Positions 45,982 through 56,379 of a stretch of 64,000 nucleotides of DNA are shown here, piece by piece (positions within the stretch are counted from its first letter, which is position 1; each line of letters opens with the position of its first letter). Made by a program: the position numbers and the translations under genes. This DNA is from Alphaproteobacteria bacterium (GTDB lineage Bacteria; Pseudomonadota; Alphaproteobacteria; UBA828): NCBI GenBank assembly GCA_963667785.2, contig CAXXMU010000006.1, forward strand, positions 320,001 to 384,000, in the 5' to 3' direction. The notes below the pieces were generated by a model. That model did no database searches. It had not been told where the DNA came from and saw nothing but the letters and a program-made list of their open reading frames with translations.

Positions 45982-46222
45982 GATCGCTCGCCTCCCGCCC
46001 TCGACCGCGCAGGATAGGCCCGGGCGCCGCCGGGTCAAGGAATGCGGCCCCGGCGAGGCCGGCCGTGGGCGCCCTTCAACCGCCTGCGGCGTGCCGCTAT
46101 GCCGTTTCCATATACAACATATGGGCAACAGCATGGGAAACGGCCACAAGACCGGCAATATTCATTGACGGACGAGCCGGTCGGCATCATGCTTGCCACG
46201 CTTTAGACAAAATTAGAAACCC

Positions 46223-47215
46223 GTGAGCCGGACTGCCGCAACCGCTGCACTCGACGTCATTGGGCATGACGATCTTGCCGCCGCCCGCCGGGTGGTGATG
46301 CAGGAATCGCGCGCGCTCGCGCGGCTGGCGGAATCGGTGACCGGCGACTTCGCCGAGGCGACCGCGCTGCTGGCGGCGACACGGGGCCGGATCGTGCTCT
46401 CCGGCATGGGCAAGAGCGGCCACATCGCGAACAAGATCGCGGCCACCTTCGCCTCGACCGGCGCGCCCGCACTCTTCGTCCATCCGGCGGAGGCGAGCCA
46501 CGGCGATCTCGGCATGATCACGGGCGCCGACACGCTGCTGATGCTGTCCAACTCCGGCGAGACGCCGGAGCTCGCCGATCTCGTGAACTACGCCAAGCGC
46601 TTCAGCATTCCTCTGGTGGCGATCGTCGGCCGGGCGCCCAGCACGCTCGCCGATGCGGCCGGCATCGCGCTGGTCCTGCCGGACGAGCCGGAAGCGGGCA
46701 CGCTCGGCCTCGCGCCGACGACGTCGACCATCATGATGCTGGCGCTGGGCGATGCACTCGCGGTCGCCCTGCTGGAGCGCAAGGGGCTCACGGCCGAGGA
46801 CTTCAAGCTCTACCACCCGGGCGGCAAGCTCGGCCGGCGGCTGGTCCGGGTCGGCGACATCATGCACGAGGGCGACGACCTGCCGCTGGTGCCCGCCGAT
46901 ACGGCGATGGCCGAGGCCCTCATCGTGATGACGGCCAAGCGCCTCGGCTGCGTCGGCGCCATCGATGGCCGGGGCGTGCTGACCGGCATCGTGACCGACG
47001 GCGACCTCAGGCGCCACATGGACGCGCGGCTGCTGCAACGGCCGGTGTCCGAGATCATGACGGACCATCCGGTGACGATTCACGCGGGCGCGCTCGGCGC
47101 GGAGGCCGTGCAGGTGATGAACCGGCGCAAGATCACCAGCCTCTTCGTCGTCGAGGCCGACCGCCCCGTCGGCATCGTCCACATTCACGACTGCCTGCGG
47201 GCGGGTCTGGCATGA
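46223..47215 (+). CDS. kdsD: Arabinose-5-phosphate isomerase (SIS + CBS)
   Basis: GMGKSGH, EASHGDLG, SNSGET, APTTST, HPGGKLG. Confidence 0.93.
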   Translation: MSRTAATAALDVIGHDDLAAARRVVMQESRALARLAESVTGDFAEATALLAATRGRIVLSGMGKSGHIANKIAATFASTGAPALFVHPAEASHGDLGMITGADTLLMLSNSGETPELADLVNYAKRFSIPLVAIVGRAPSTLADAAGIALVLPDEPEAGTLGLAPTTSTIMMLALGDALAVALLERKGLTAEDFKLYHPGGKLGRRLVRVGDIMHEGDDLPLVPADTAMAEALIVMTAKRLGCVGAIDGRGVLTGIVTDGDLRRHMDARLLQRPVSEIMTDHPVTIHAGALGAEAVQVMNRRKITSLFVVEADRPVGIVHIHDCLRAGLA

Positions 47216-47916
47216 GCGCAGGCTCGGACACAGGCACGGGCGCCGCCCCGGCTGCAGGCCGGCTCAGGCACTATCGGGCCGGCGCGGGCGGCAGCGCCGG
47301 GCCCGGCTCCTACAGCGAATTCGTTGGCCTCATGCGCTACCTGCTGCCGGCGATGGCGGCGGCCCTGCTCGGCCTCGTGGTGGCGTGGCCGCTCATCAGT
47401 GGGGGGGAAGCGGGCTTTCACGTGCCGCTGGTCACCGCCTCCGAGAGCGACGGCCGATTGATGATGGTCAACGCCAGCTACCAGGGGACCGACGCCAAGA
47501 ACCGGCCCTTCACCATCAGGGGCGAGGAAGCCTCCCAGCCCGACAGCGACTCGCCCGTCGTGCACATCAGCGGGATCGAGGCCGATATCGTCGTCGATCG
47601 GGCGCGGGACGAGGGGCTGGCAATGAGCGCGGACGAGGGGCTGTACCGGCGGGATGCCGAGCTTCTCGAGCTCGAGGGCGACGTGACGCTGCGCTCCGAT
47701 TCCGGCCACGAGTTCCGTACCGCCAGCGCCCGCGTCGACCTGCCGGCAGGCATTGCGCAGGGCGACGAGCCGGTGAGCGGGACGGGCCCGCACGGGGCGC
47801 TCGACGCCGGCAATTTCGCGCTCATGGAGCGGGGGCAGATCATGACGTTCGGCGGCGGGGTACGGGTGACCCTGTTCCCGCACGCGGTCGGGGGGCTGGA
47901 TGGCGAAGCGGGCTAG
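47212..47916 (+). CDS. lptC: LPS export protein LptC
   Basis: Single TM then beta-jellyroll; lies between kdsD and lptA. Confidence 0.8.
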   Translation: MSAGSDTGTGAAPAAGRLRHYRAGAGGSAGPGSYSEFVGLMRYLLPAMAAALLGLVVAWPLISGGEAGFHVPLVTASESDGRLMMVNASYQGTDAKNRPFTIRGEEASQPDSDSPVVHISGIEADIVVDRARDEGLAMSADEGLYRRDAELLELEGDVTLRSDSGHEFRTASARVDLPAGIAQGDEPVSGTGPHGALDAGNFALMERGQIMTFGGGVRVTLFPHAVGGLDGEAG

Positions 47917-48478
47917 CGAGGCTATGGGCGCCGGCTGTGGCCGGCCCCGGCGCATGCGGCGCCTGTGGCGAGCAACCACGCTCGCGCCCGTGTTCGCGGC
48001 GGCGATCCTGCTGGCCGGTGCCGGGGCTGCGCAGGACGATGCCTCCGGCGGCGACGGGCCCGACCGGGCGATCGAGATCAGCGCCGATACGCTCGAAGTG
48101 CGCCAGTCGGAGAACCTCGCCATCTTTCAGGGCAGCGTCAAAGCGGAACAGGGCGACATGGTGCTGACCGCGAACACGCTCACCGTGCACTACCGCGAGG
48201 CGCAGGATGAGCAGGGCAACCTGGGGGTCTCGCGCATCGAGGCCGAGGGCGACGTCGTCGTTTCCTCGCCGGAGGAGACCGCGCGGGGGCAGCGGGGCGT
48301 CTACGACATCGATGCCGGGCGGATCGACCTCGCCGGCGGCGTGGTGCTGAACCAGGGCAACAATATCGTCAGGGGCGAGACCCTCACGATGGACCTCGAA
48401 TCCGGGGTCAGCAAGGTCTCCGGCGACGGCGACGGGCGCGTGGAAGGTCTCTTCGTCCCGGATGAGGAAGGCGAGTAA
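47900..48478 (+). CDS. lptA: LPS transport periplasmic protein LptA
   Basis: IEISADTLEV...F.G.V...QG, OstA-like; start uncertain. Confidence 0.85.
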   Translation: MAKRASEAMGAGCGRPRRMRRLWRATTLAPVFAAAILLAGAGAAQDDASGGDGPDRAIEISADTLEVRQSENLAIFQGSVKAEQGDMVLTANTLTVHYREAQDEQGNLGVSRIEAEGDVVVSSPEETARGQRGVYDIDAGRIDLAGGVVLNQGNNIVRGETLTMDLESGVSKVSGDGDGRVEGLFVPDEEGE

Positions 48479-48505
48479 GGTGCCCGCCTGTCGGGTGGTT
48501 CCCGC

Positions 48506-49291
48506 ATGAAGCCGCGCCTGACCGCAGGCGCCGGGCGAAGCCCCGCGACGCCCGTCGTGGTTGCCGGCAATCCCGGCCTGCGGGCGGAGAACCTCGGCAA
48601 GAGCTTCAGGAAGCGGCCGGTCCTGCGGGGCATCAGCCTCACCCTCCAGCGCGGCGAGGCGGTGGGTCTGCTCGGCCCCAACGGCGCGGGCAAGACGACC
48701 TGCTTCTATCTGATGACCGGGCTGATGGCGGCGGACTACGGCCGCGTCCACCTCGACGGCCACGACATCACCGACCTGCCGATGTACCGCCGCGCCCGCC
48801 TCGGCCTCGGCTACCTGCCGCAGGAGGCCTCGATCTTTCGCGGGCTCACGGTGGAGAACAACATCCGCGCGGTGCTGGAAGTCGTCGTGCCGGCACGTGA
48901 CGAACGCGAGCTCGTGCTCGACGAGCTGCTTGCGGAGTTCTCGATCACCCACCTGCGCCGCACGCCCTCTCTGGCGCTCTCCGGCGGCGAGCGGCGGCGT
49001 GTCGAGATCGCCCGCGCGCTGGCCTCGAAGCCGCGCTTCATGCTGCTCGACGAGCCCCTGTCAGGGATCGACCCGATCGCGGTGGCGGAGATCCGCGATC
49101 TCGTCGCGCACCTCAAGGACCGCGGCATCGGCGTGCTGCTGACCGATCACAATGTGAGGGAGGCGCTCGACATCGTCGATCGCGCCTACATCATCAACGA
49201 AGGCGCCGTGCTGATGGAGGGCGCGCCCTCGGAGATCGTCTCCCACGAAGAGGTCCGCCGCGTCTACCTCGGCGATCGCTTCCGTCTCTAG
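48506..49291 (+). CDS. lptB: LPS export ABC ATPase LptB
   Basis: GPNGAGKTT, YLPQEASIF, LSGGERRR, TDHNVRE. Confidence 0.96.
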   Translation: MKPRLTAGAGRSPATPVVVAGNPGLRAENLGKSFRKRPVLRGISLTLQRGEAVGLLGPNGAGKTTCFYLMTGLMAADYGRVHLDGHDITDLPMYRRARLGLGYLPQEASIFRGLTVENNIRAVLEVVVPARDERELVLDELLAEFSITHLRRTPSLALSGGERRRVEIARALASKPRFMLLDEPLSGIDPIAVAEIRDLVAHLKDRGIGVLLTDHNVREALDIVDRAYIINEGAVLMEGAPSEIVSHEEVRRVYLGDRFRL

Positions 49292-49299
49292 GCGACCCT

Positions 49300-51072
49300 C
49301 TAGGCCACCTGCTTCGCCATCTCGGCGCGCCGCGCCTCGGTCGCGGCCACGTCGAGCTCCAGAGACTCCGTCAGAACCACCCCGTAGGCCTCCAGAGCGT
49401 GCTCGCGGGTGCAGAAGTCGTCGAGCACGTCCTCGCGGACCTGCTCTGCCGGGCGCTCCAGGGGGTCTCCGTAGCCGCCGCCGCAGGGCCCGAGAAAGCC
49501 GATGCAGTCGCCGGCCTGATTGCGCAGCCCGTGGATCTTCGCCGGCAGATCCTCAACGCTACCGGGCTCCGCGATATTGTACTTGATGAGCCGCCCGCCC
49601 CGGCCGGCGGTGCCGCCGCGAAAGCCCCAGGGCGGGTCGTCGTGCCGGTCCGCCTCGTGGGTGAGGAAGCCCGGCGTGAGGTAGCGCTGGACCTTGATCA
49701 CGCCGATGCCGCCGCGATGGCGGCCGGCGCCCGGCATCACGTCGTCGCGCAGCTCGTAGCGATCGCACAGCAGCGGCAGATGCATGCCGAGATCCTCGAT
49801 CGGGTTGTTGCGCGTGTTGCGCATCAGCTCCTCGATCGTGTCGGGCCCGTCGGAATGGGGCCTGCCGCCGCAGGCGCCCTCGTTGACCTCGATGAAGACC
49901 CAGTACTGGCCGTCGGGCCGGACGCCGGAATAGGCGATCGCCGAGACGTCCGCGGACGAGCCTGCGGTCACCTTCTCCGGGATCACCGGGGCGAGCGCCT
50001 TGGCGATGCAGTCGACCACCCGCTGGATCTGGTTGAAGCGCGCCTCCGCCGAGGCCGGATACTCGGGATTGAAGATCGTGCCCTTGGGCGCGGTGACCGC
50101 GATGGGACGGAAGGAGCCCTCGTTCTGCGGCACGTGCTCGCTGATCGTCGCGGTATCCAGCAGCAGCGCGCGAAAGGCGAAGTAGCAGGCGACCTTGGTG
50201 GAGCCCTCGAAGGGCACGTTGAAGGCGGTCGGCACCTGCGGTGCCGAGCCGGTGAGATCGACCTCGGCCGAATCCCCCTCGATGCGCACCGCCACCTTGA
50301 CCGGCAGCGGCTCCTTCCGGTTGCGCCCGTCGTCGTCGAGGAATCCCTCGGCGGTGTACTCGCCGTCCGGGATCGCCGCGATCTGGCGCCGCAGCATGCG
50401 CTCGGAGTAATCCATGAGCTGCTCGGTCGCCGCGAACACGACGTCCTTGCCGTGCTGGTCCAGCAGCTCGACGAAGCGCTTGACGCCCAGCTCGGCGGAG
50501 GCGACCTGGGCCTCGATGTCGCCCATCACCTGGCTCGGCACCCGCGTGTTGGTCTCGATGAACTGCCAGAGCGCGCGGTTGAGCACGCCTCCCTCGTAGA
50601 GCTTCACGCCCTTGAAGAGCATGCCCTCGGCGAACACGTCCGGCACGTCGATGATGAGCCCCGGCGTAGCCGCGCCGATGTCCACGTGGTGCGCCGTGTT
50701 GGCCGAGTAGCCCACAAGCTCACCGTCGTAGAAGACCGGTGCCACGGCGGCGATGTCCGGCGAGTGGCTGGCGCCGTAGTAGGGGTGGTTGTGGATCACG
50801 ATGTCGCCGGGCTGCCAGGGATCGTGCAGGGTCTCGTCGATTCCCCTCAGGTAGGCCGGAATCGAGCCGATGTGCATGGGCGTCGAATCCGATTCGCAGA
50901 GGGTGTTGAAGCTGCGATCGAAGAGCCCGGCGCCGAGGTCCTCGGATTCCCGGATGATCGACGAGTAGGACATGCGGTAGAGCACATGCCCCATCTCCTT
51001 CGCGATCGTGTGCAATGCGCCGCCGATCACCTGCAGGGTGATCGGATCGACCTCGATTCGCTTGGCGGTCAT
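49300..51072 (-). CDS. Hydantoinase B/oxoprolinase family protein
   Basis: DPITLQVI, SSIIRES, NHPYYGASHSPD, HHVDIG, GGGYGDP. Confidence 0.9.
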   Translation of the reverse strand: MTAKRIEVDPITLQVIGGALHTIAKEMGHVLYRMSYSSIIRESEDLGAGLFDRSFNTLCESDSTPMHIGSIPAYLRGIDETLHDPWQPGDIVIHNHPYYGASHSPDIAAVAPVFYDGELVGYSANTAHHVDIGAATPGLIIDVPDVFAEGMLFKGVKLYEGGVLNRALWQFIETNTRVPSQVMGDIEAQVASAELGVKRFVELLDQHGKDVVFAATEQLMDYSERMLRRQIAAIPDGEYTAEGFLDDDGRNRKEPLPVKVAVRIEGDSAEVDLTGSAPQVPTAFNVPFEGSTKVACYFAFRALLLDTATISEHVPQNEGSFRPIAVTAPKGTIFNPEYPASAEARFNQIQRVVDCIAKALAPVIPEKVTAGSSADVSAIAYSGVRPDGQYWVFIEVNEGACGGRPHSDGPDTIEELMRNTRNNPIEDLGMHLPLLCDRYELRDDVMPGAGRHRGGIGVIKVQRYLTPGFLTHEADRHDDPPWGFRGGTAGRGGRLIKYNIAEPGSVEDLPAKIHGLRNQAGDCIGFLGPCGGGYGDPLERPAEQVREDVLDDFCTREHALEAYGVVLTESLELDVAATEARRAEMAKQVA

Positions 51073-53168
51073 GACCCTGCGACCTCCCTCACGTGCAGAT
51101 TGCCCGATGTCGCCACCGCCGCCTCGTGGCCCGGCGGCACCAGCGTGGTCGAATCGGTCTGGATGACGATGGCGGGCCCGTCGATATGCTGGCCGGCCCT
51201 GAGCCCGGCGCGGTCGAAGCGGGGCGTCTCGTAGGCCTTGCCGTCGTCGAATGTGGTGGCGCGCCGGTAGAGCAGCGCACCCTCCGGGTTGCGGCCGTCG
51301 CCGGCGGGCGCCTCGGGCCAGCTCAGCGCGCCGATCCCCGCTGACGCCACGACCCGGAGCGTGATGACCTCGACCTCCTGATCCTCGAAGGCGTGGCCAT
51401 AGTCCTGCCGGTGCCGCTCGTGGAAGCTCGCCAGCAGCGCGTCCCGGTTCTCCAGGGTCAGCGGCTCGTCCGGCATGGTGCCGCGCAGCTCGAAGCCCTG
51501 CCCTTGGTAGCGGCATTCCGCGACCTTGACCACGCGCTGGCGATCGGGCGGCACGCCGTCCGCCGCCAGCGCATCGCGCGCACGCTGCACCAGGGCATCG
51601 GTCTCGGCGTTGAGCGCGTCGATCTCCTCCTGGCTCGCCTTGGTGAGGACGCACAGCACCGAACGGGTGAACTCGTAACGCATGTCGGTGGCGAGCAGCC
51701 CGGTCGCGGCGTTGATCCCCGGCGCCGGCGGCACGATCACCTCGCGGGCGAAGACGGAGCGCGCGAGCGCGGCGCCGTGCAGCGGGCCGGCGCCGCCGAA
51801 GGCCACCAGCGCGTAGTCGCGCGGGTCGACTCCCTTGGCCACCGAGTTGGCTCGGATCGCGAGCGACATGTTGGAGTTGATGACCCGGATCACGCCGAGC
51901 GCCGCCTCCTCCAGCGTCATGCCGAGGGGGCCGCAGAGATTGTCCTCCAGCGCCTTGCGCGACCTCGCGGGGTCGATCTCGAGACCGCCGCCGAGGAACT
52001 GCTCGGGATCGAGCCGGCCGAGCACCACCTGGGCGTCGGTCACGGTGGGCTCGGTGCCGCCGCGGCCATAGCAGGCCGGCCCCGGCTCGGCGCCGGCCGA
52101 GCGCGGGCCCACGCGGAAGGCCCCGCCCGCATCCACGTAGGCGATCGAGCCGCCGCCCGCGCCGATCGTCGCGAGATCGATCATCGGCGCGAGGATCGGG
52201 TAGCCGCCGACCTGCGTGTCGCGCGGGTTCATGATGCGGACCTCGCCGTCCGGCACCACGCTGATGTCGGCCGACGTGCCGCCGATATCGACCGTGATGA
52301 GGTTGCGCGCGCCCGACATGTCGCCTGCCCACTGGCCGCCGATGACGCCGCCAGCCGGCCCCGACATGAGGATCGTCACCGGGCGCTCGGCGGCGCCGGC
52401 GAGCGTGGTCACGCCGCCGTTGGACTGCATGACGCGGATCTGGGCATCGACGCCGTTCTCGTTCAGCGCCGTCGCGAGATTGTTCAGGTAGTAGGAGGTG
52501 CGCGGGCCGATGAAGGCGTTCATCGCCGCGGTCGAGAAGCGCTCGTACTCGCGGATCACGTCGACCACTTCCGACGAGCAGCTGACGTAGGCATCCGGCA
52601 TCACCTCCTTCACGATCTCCTTCGCGCGGCGCTCGTGCGCATCGTTCAGGAAGGCGAAGAGGAAGCAGACGATGACCGCGTCCACCTCGCGCGCCTTGAA
52701 GAGCTCGGCCGCGGCACGCACCTCGTCCTCGTCGAGCGCGGTCTCGACGTTGCCGTCTGGCGGCAGGACGCGCTCGGTGATGGGGACGCGGTTCCGGCGC
52801 TTGACCAGCGGGCGCGACTGCCAGGGCACGTCGAACTGCACCGAGAAGTTGTGGGGCCTCTTGTGCCGCGCCATGTGCAGGATGTCGCGGAAGCCCCGCG
52901 TGGTGAGCATGCCGACCTCGGCGCCCGAGTACTCGATCACCGTGTTGGTCGCGATGGTGGTGCCGTGGACGATCTGCTCGATGTCGCCCGGTGCGACGCC
53001 GGCGTCGGCGCAGATCTCAAGGACGCCGCGGATGACGCCGCGCGACTGGTCCTCCGGCGTGCTCGGCACCTTGTGCACGAAGACCCGGCCGCCGCCTGCG
53101 CCGCTGCCGTCGGTCTCCAGGATGAGGTCGGTGAACGTGCCCCCGACATCGACGCCGATTCTCGCCAT
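51069..53168 (-). CDS. Hydantoinase A/oxoprolinase family protein
   Basis: DVGGTFTD, HGTT, SGPAGG, DIGGTS, GAGGGS, GPACYG. Confidence 0.92.
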   Translation of the reverse strand: MARIGVDVGGTFTDLILETDGSGAGGGRVFVHKVPSTPEDQSRGVIRGVLEICADAGVAPGDIEQIVHGTTIATNTVIEYSGAEVGMLTTRGFRDILHMARHKRPHNFSVQFDVPWQSRPLVKRRNRVPITERVLPPDGNVETALDEDEVRAAAELFKAREVDAVIVCFLFAFLNDAHERRAKEIVKEVMPDAYVSCSSEVVDVIREYERFSTAAMNAFIGPRTSYYLNNLATALNENGVDAQIRVMQSNGGVTTLAGAAERPVTILMSGPAGGVIGGQWAGDMSGARNLITVDIGGTSADISVVPDGEVRIMNPRDTQVGGYPILAPMIDLATIGAGGGSIAYVDAGGAFRVGPRSAGAEPGPACYGRGGTEPTVTDAQVVLGRLDPEQFLGGGLEIDPARSRKALEDNLCGPLGMTLEEAALGVIRVINSNMSLAIRANSVAKGVDPRDYALVAFGGAGPLHGAALARSVFAREVIVPPAPGINAATGLLATDMRYEFTRSVLCVLTKASQEEIDALNAETDALVQRARDALAADGVPPDRQRVVKVAECRYQGQGFELRGTMPDEPLTLENRDALLASFHERHRQDYGHAFEDQEVEVITLRVVASAGIGALSWPEAPAGDGRNPEGALLYRRATTFDDGKAYETPRFDRAGLRAGQHIDGPAIVIQTDSTTLVPPGHEAAVATSGNLHVREVAGS

Positions 53169-53221
53169 CGTCCCTCGCGCCTGCGTGAATTCGCGGCCCT
53201 GACGGCCGCGAGCGGGTCATC

Positions 53222-54319
53222 TTAGCGGGCAGACGGGCCGATGGAAGGGGATTCCCGTGCCGGCGCGGGAGGAAAGCGGCGGCGCTCGCGATCCGTGGCG
53301 CGTCCTCCGGCTCGGTACGGCGCGGCGTCGGCCGTGGTCCGCTCCGGCTCCGGCACGAGCGTCAGCGCCTCCTCGATGACCTCGGCGCCGGCGCCCGGGC
53401 GGTGGGAGGTGCCGCCGAGAGCGCGACGCCAGGCGCGCCCGCCCGGCCGGCCTGCGAACAGCCCCAGCATGTGCCTGGCGATGCAGTGGAGCGGCACGCC
53501 GTCCGCGCACTTGTCCCGCACGTAGGGGAGCATGGCGCGGGCGACATCGTGCCGGCTGGGCAGAGGCTCGGCCTGCGCCCCGAAGAAGCGCCGGTCGACG
53601 CCGCGCAGCATGGCGGGGTCGGCGTAGGCCGCGCGCCCGATCATGGCGCCGTCCACCCGGCCGAGATGCGCGTCGGCCTCGTCGAGGCTGCGGACGCCGC
53701 CGTTGATGACCACCTCGAGCGCCGGCAGCTCCTGCTTCAGGCGGTAGACCGCATCGTAGCGGAGCGGCGGCACCTCCCGGTTCTCGGCCGGGCTGAGCCC
53801 GTCGAGTACGGCGATCCGCGCGTGCACGGCGAAGCTTCGCACGCCGGCGGCGGCGACCGTCTCGACGAAGGACCTGAGATCCTCGTAGGCGCCCCGCCCG
53901 TCAATTCCAATGCGGCACTTGACCGTGACAGGCACGTCGACCGCGCGGATCATCGCCCGGGCGCAGTCCGCCACCAGATCGGGCGTCTCCATGAGGGCCG
54001 CGCCGAAGCGGCCGGCGCGCACCCGCGGGCTCGGGCAGCCGATATTGAGATTGATCTCGTCATAGCCGAAAGCCTGGCCGATTTCCGCCGCCCGGGCCAG
54101 CGTATCCGGCTCCGCGCCGCCGAGCTGGAGCCCGAGAGGATGCTCCGCCTCGTCGAAGGCGAGCAGCCGGGTGCGGTCGCCGTGCACCACGGCGTCCGCC
54201 GTCACCATCTCGCTGTAGAGGAGCGTGCGCGCGGTGATCTGCCGCAGGAAGTAGCGGCAGTGCCGGTCGGTCCGCGCCATCATCGGCGCGACGCTCAGCC
54301 TGCGATCGAGCCTCGCCAC
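53222..54319 (-). CDS. dusA: tRNA-dihydrouridine(20/20a) synthase
   Basis: SVAPMM..TDRHCR, NLNIGCPS, VHARIA, SPAENR. Confidence 0.92.
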   Translation of the reverse strand: MARLDRRLSVAPMMARTDRHCRYFLRQITARTLLYSEMVTADAVVHGDRTRLLAFDEAEHPLGLQLGGAEPDTLARAAEIGQAFGYDEINLNIGCPSPRVRAGRFGAALMETPDLVADCARAMIRAVDVPVTVKCRIGIDGRGAYEDLRSFVETVAAAGVRSFAVHARIAVLDGLSPAENREVPPLRYDAVYRLKQELPALEVVINGGVRSLDEADAHLGRVDGAMIGRAAYADPAMLRGVDRRFFGAQAEPLPSRHDVARAMLPYVRDKCADGVPLHCIARHMLGLFAGRPGGRAWRRALGGTSHRPGAGAEVIEEALTLVPEPERTTADAAPYRAGGRATDRERRRFPPAPARESPSIGPSAR

Positions 54320-54452
54320 GTGTCCCCGGTCCGCTTTCCCGATCCGCCCGCGGGCGGTTCCGGCCGAAGCGTGCCACAGCGCCGGCCCGAGCGACAGCTT
54401 GCAGGCGCGCCGGCATAGAGGCTAAAGCGTCGTCAGGCGACAGGAGGAGCCG

Positions 54453-55208
54453 ATGTCCCGGATGCACGTCGATTTCAGCGGCCGCAACGCCTTCGTCACC
54501 GGCGCGGGCGGCGGCATGGGACTGCAGATCGCGCGCGACCTGATCGATTCGGGCGCGCGGGCCACCCTCCTCGACGTGAAGCCCGCGCCGGACGATCTGC
54601 CGGCCGGCGCCCGCTACGTTCAGGCGGACCTCCGCTCCGCGCCCGATATCGCCCGGGCGCTCGCCGCGTGCCACGCGGAGGCCGGCCGGCTCGACTATCT
54701 GGTGAACGCGGCGGGCGTTCTCTGGTTCGGCCGCGACCGCTCGCTGGTCGATATCGACCTCGACGTCTGGGACGACGTGCTCGCGATCAACCTCAAGGGC
54801 GCGGCTCTCTGCGCCCGCCACGCCGTGCCGCTGATGAGAGAGAGCGGCGGCGGCGCCATGGTGCACATCTCGACCATCCAGTGCGTGCGCGGCGACGATG
54901 CGCCCCAGGATGCCTACCAGGCCTCCAAGGCCGGCCTGATCGCCTTGTCGAAATCCATCGCGATCCAGTTCGCAGGCGACGGCATCCGCTCCAACACCAT
55001 TCTGCCGGGGCCAACGCAGTCGCCGATGCAGCAGCGCTGGCTCGACACGCCTGCGCTCAAGGAGGCGACGGCGGCGGTCGTGCCGCTCGGGCGCGTCGGC
55101 ACCGTCCGCGACATGGCGAACGCCACGCTCTTCCTGCTCTCGGACGCGGCCTCCTTCATCACCGGAACCGAGCTGATCGTCGACGGCGGCGTCCTGGCGA
55201 AGCCCTAG
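54453..55208 (+). CDS. Short-chain dehydrogenase/reductase
   Basis: TGAGGGMG, NAAG, YQASK. Confidence 0.92.
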   Translation: MSRMHVDFSGRNAFVTGAGGGMGLQIARDLIDSGARATLLDVKPAPDDLPAGARYVQADLRSAPDIARALAACHAEAGRLDYLVNAAGVLWFGRDRSLVDIDLDVWDDVLAINLKGAALCARHAVPLMRESGGGAMVHISTIQCVRGDDAPQDAYQASKAGLIALSKSIAIQFAGDGIRSNTILPGPTQSPMQQRWLDTPALKEATAAVVPLGRVGTVRDMANATLFLLSDAASFITGTELIVDGGVLAKP

Positions 55209-55237
55209 CGGCATCGCCTTCGCGCGCCGGCGACGTC

Positions 55238-56272
55238 CTACTCCGCGAGCACCGGCGGCAGCTCGGCAACCTTGATCGTCGCGACCGAGAGGACGCCGTC
55301 CTGCGCGGTGACCGGCACCGCGCGCAAGACCGGCGGGCTGCCGTCCTCGGGCTTCTCGGCCAGCATGTTGAACGCCACCTTGGCAATGAAGCCGTCGCCG
55401 AGGGGAATCAGGTTGCTCATGATGAGCGCGTCGATCACATCGCCGTAGCCGATGATGTCGGCGGTCATCGCGGCGATCGGGCGCATCGCCGCGTCGAGCG
55501 CGATGGTCCCGCTCGATTCGATCCCGAGCGGCCCCCAGCGGATGCGGAAGCCGGTCAGCTCCAGGGCGCCGCCGGCGTCGCGCCAGGCGGCGACCGCCTC
55601 GCTGGTGCCGCGCTCGCTCGGGATGGATCCGACGACGCTCGCATCGATATCGAGAAAGTCGAGGCTCTCGCCGAGCCCTTCCGCCAGGCCACTCGGGAGC
55701 ACGGCATCACGCAGGGCGATGGACGTCTTCAGCACCTCCTCGCCGCCGTCATCCATGGCGACGCCGTTGGCACGCAGGCTGCCGACGAGAGCGGTCTCGC
55801 CCGGCCACACGCCCTCCACCTCGAGCCCGTGCAGATCGAGCGTGACCTCCCGGAAGCGCCTGTCCCCATCCAGCATGACGACGAGCCGCGAGTCGTCGAT
55901 CCGCGCATCGATGTCGCGCCACTCGCCGTCCTCGAGCAGGACCTGAACCGCGTTGCGCCGGTCGGGGTGGACGGTGACCTCGCTGAAGTCCCACGCGCTG
56001 GCCTCGGCCCTGAGCGACTCCGTCGCCCAGCGCCATCCGTTCCGCGTGTCGTGAACGCGCGGCTCGCGCAGGGTGATCTCGAAGCGGGTGGGGAAGCCGC
56101 TTACCTCGATACCCTGCCGTTCGATCTCCAGTCCCTGCGCCCGCTGCTTGTCGGCCCAGGCGTCGAACCGCTCCCCGATCTCGCCCGCGGCGATGAACCA
56201 GTAGCCGGTGTAGCCTGCCGCTGCGACCGCGATCGCGCCCGCGACACCGGCAGCGAGGAGAACGAGCCGCAT
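55238..56272 (-). CDS. DUF2125-like membrane-anchored protein
   Basis: N-terminal TM, YW..A, VSGFP.RF motif. Confidence 0.7.
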   Translation of the reverse strand: MRLVLLAAGVAGAIAVAAAGYTGYWFIAAGEIGERFDAWADKQRAQGLEIERQGIEVSGFPTRFEITLREPRVHDTRNGWRWATESLRAEASAWDFSEVTVHPDRRNAVQVLLEDGEWRDIDARIDDSRLVVMLDGDRRFREVTLDLHGLEVEGVWPGETALVGSLRANGVAMDDGGEEVLKTSIALRDAVLPSGLAEGLGESLDFLDIDASVVGSIPSERGTSEAVAAWRDAGGALELTGFRIRWGPLGIESSGTIALDAAMRPIAAMTADIIGYGDVIDALIMSNLIPLGDGFIAKVAFNMLAEKPEDGSPPVLRAVPVTAQDGVLSVATIKVAELPPVLAE

Positions 56273-56379
56273 CCCTCCTCCCGTGGAAGGTCTCGGTCCG
56301 GCGAACGGTAATCAGCCGAAGCGGCGGGTTCAACCGCCGAGCCGCAGCCCCCCGCCCCCGTGGTCGCCGCGCTCCGGCG

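Noticed and set aside
49300-52332. 1010-aa ORF suggesting a long hydantoinase fusion
   Set aside because: Real hydantoinase B starts at 51072 with an ATGA overlap; the upstream part is an off-frame shadow of hydantoinase A.
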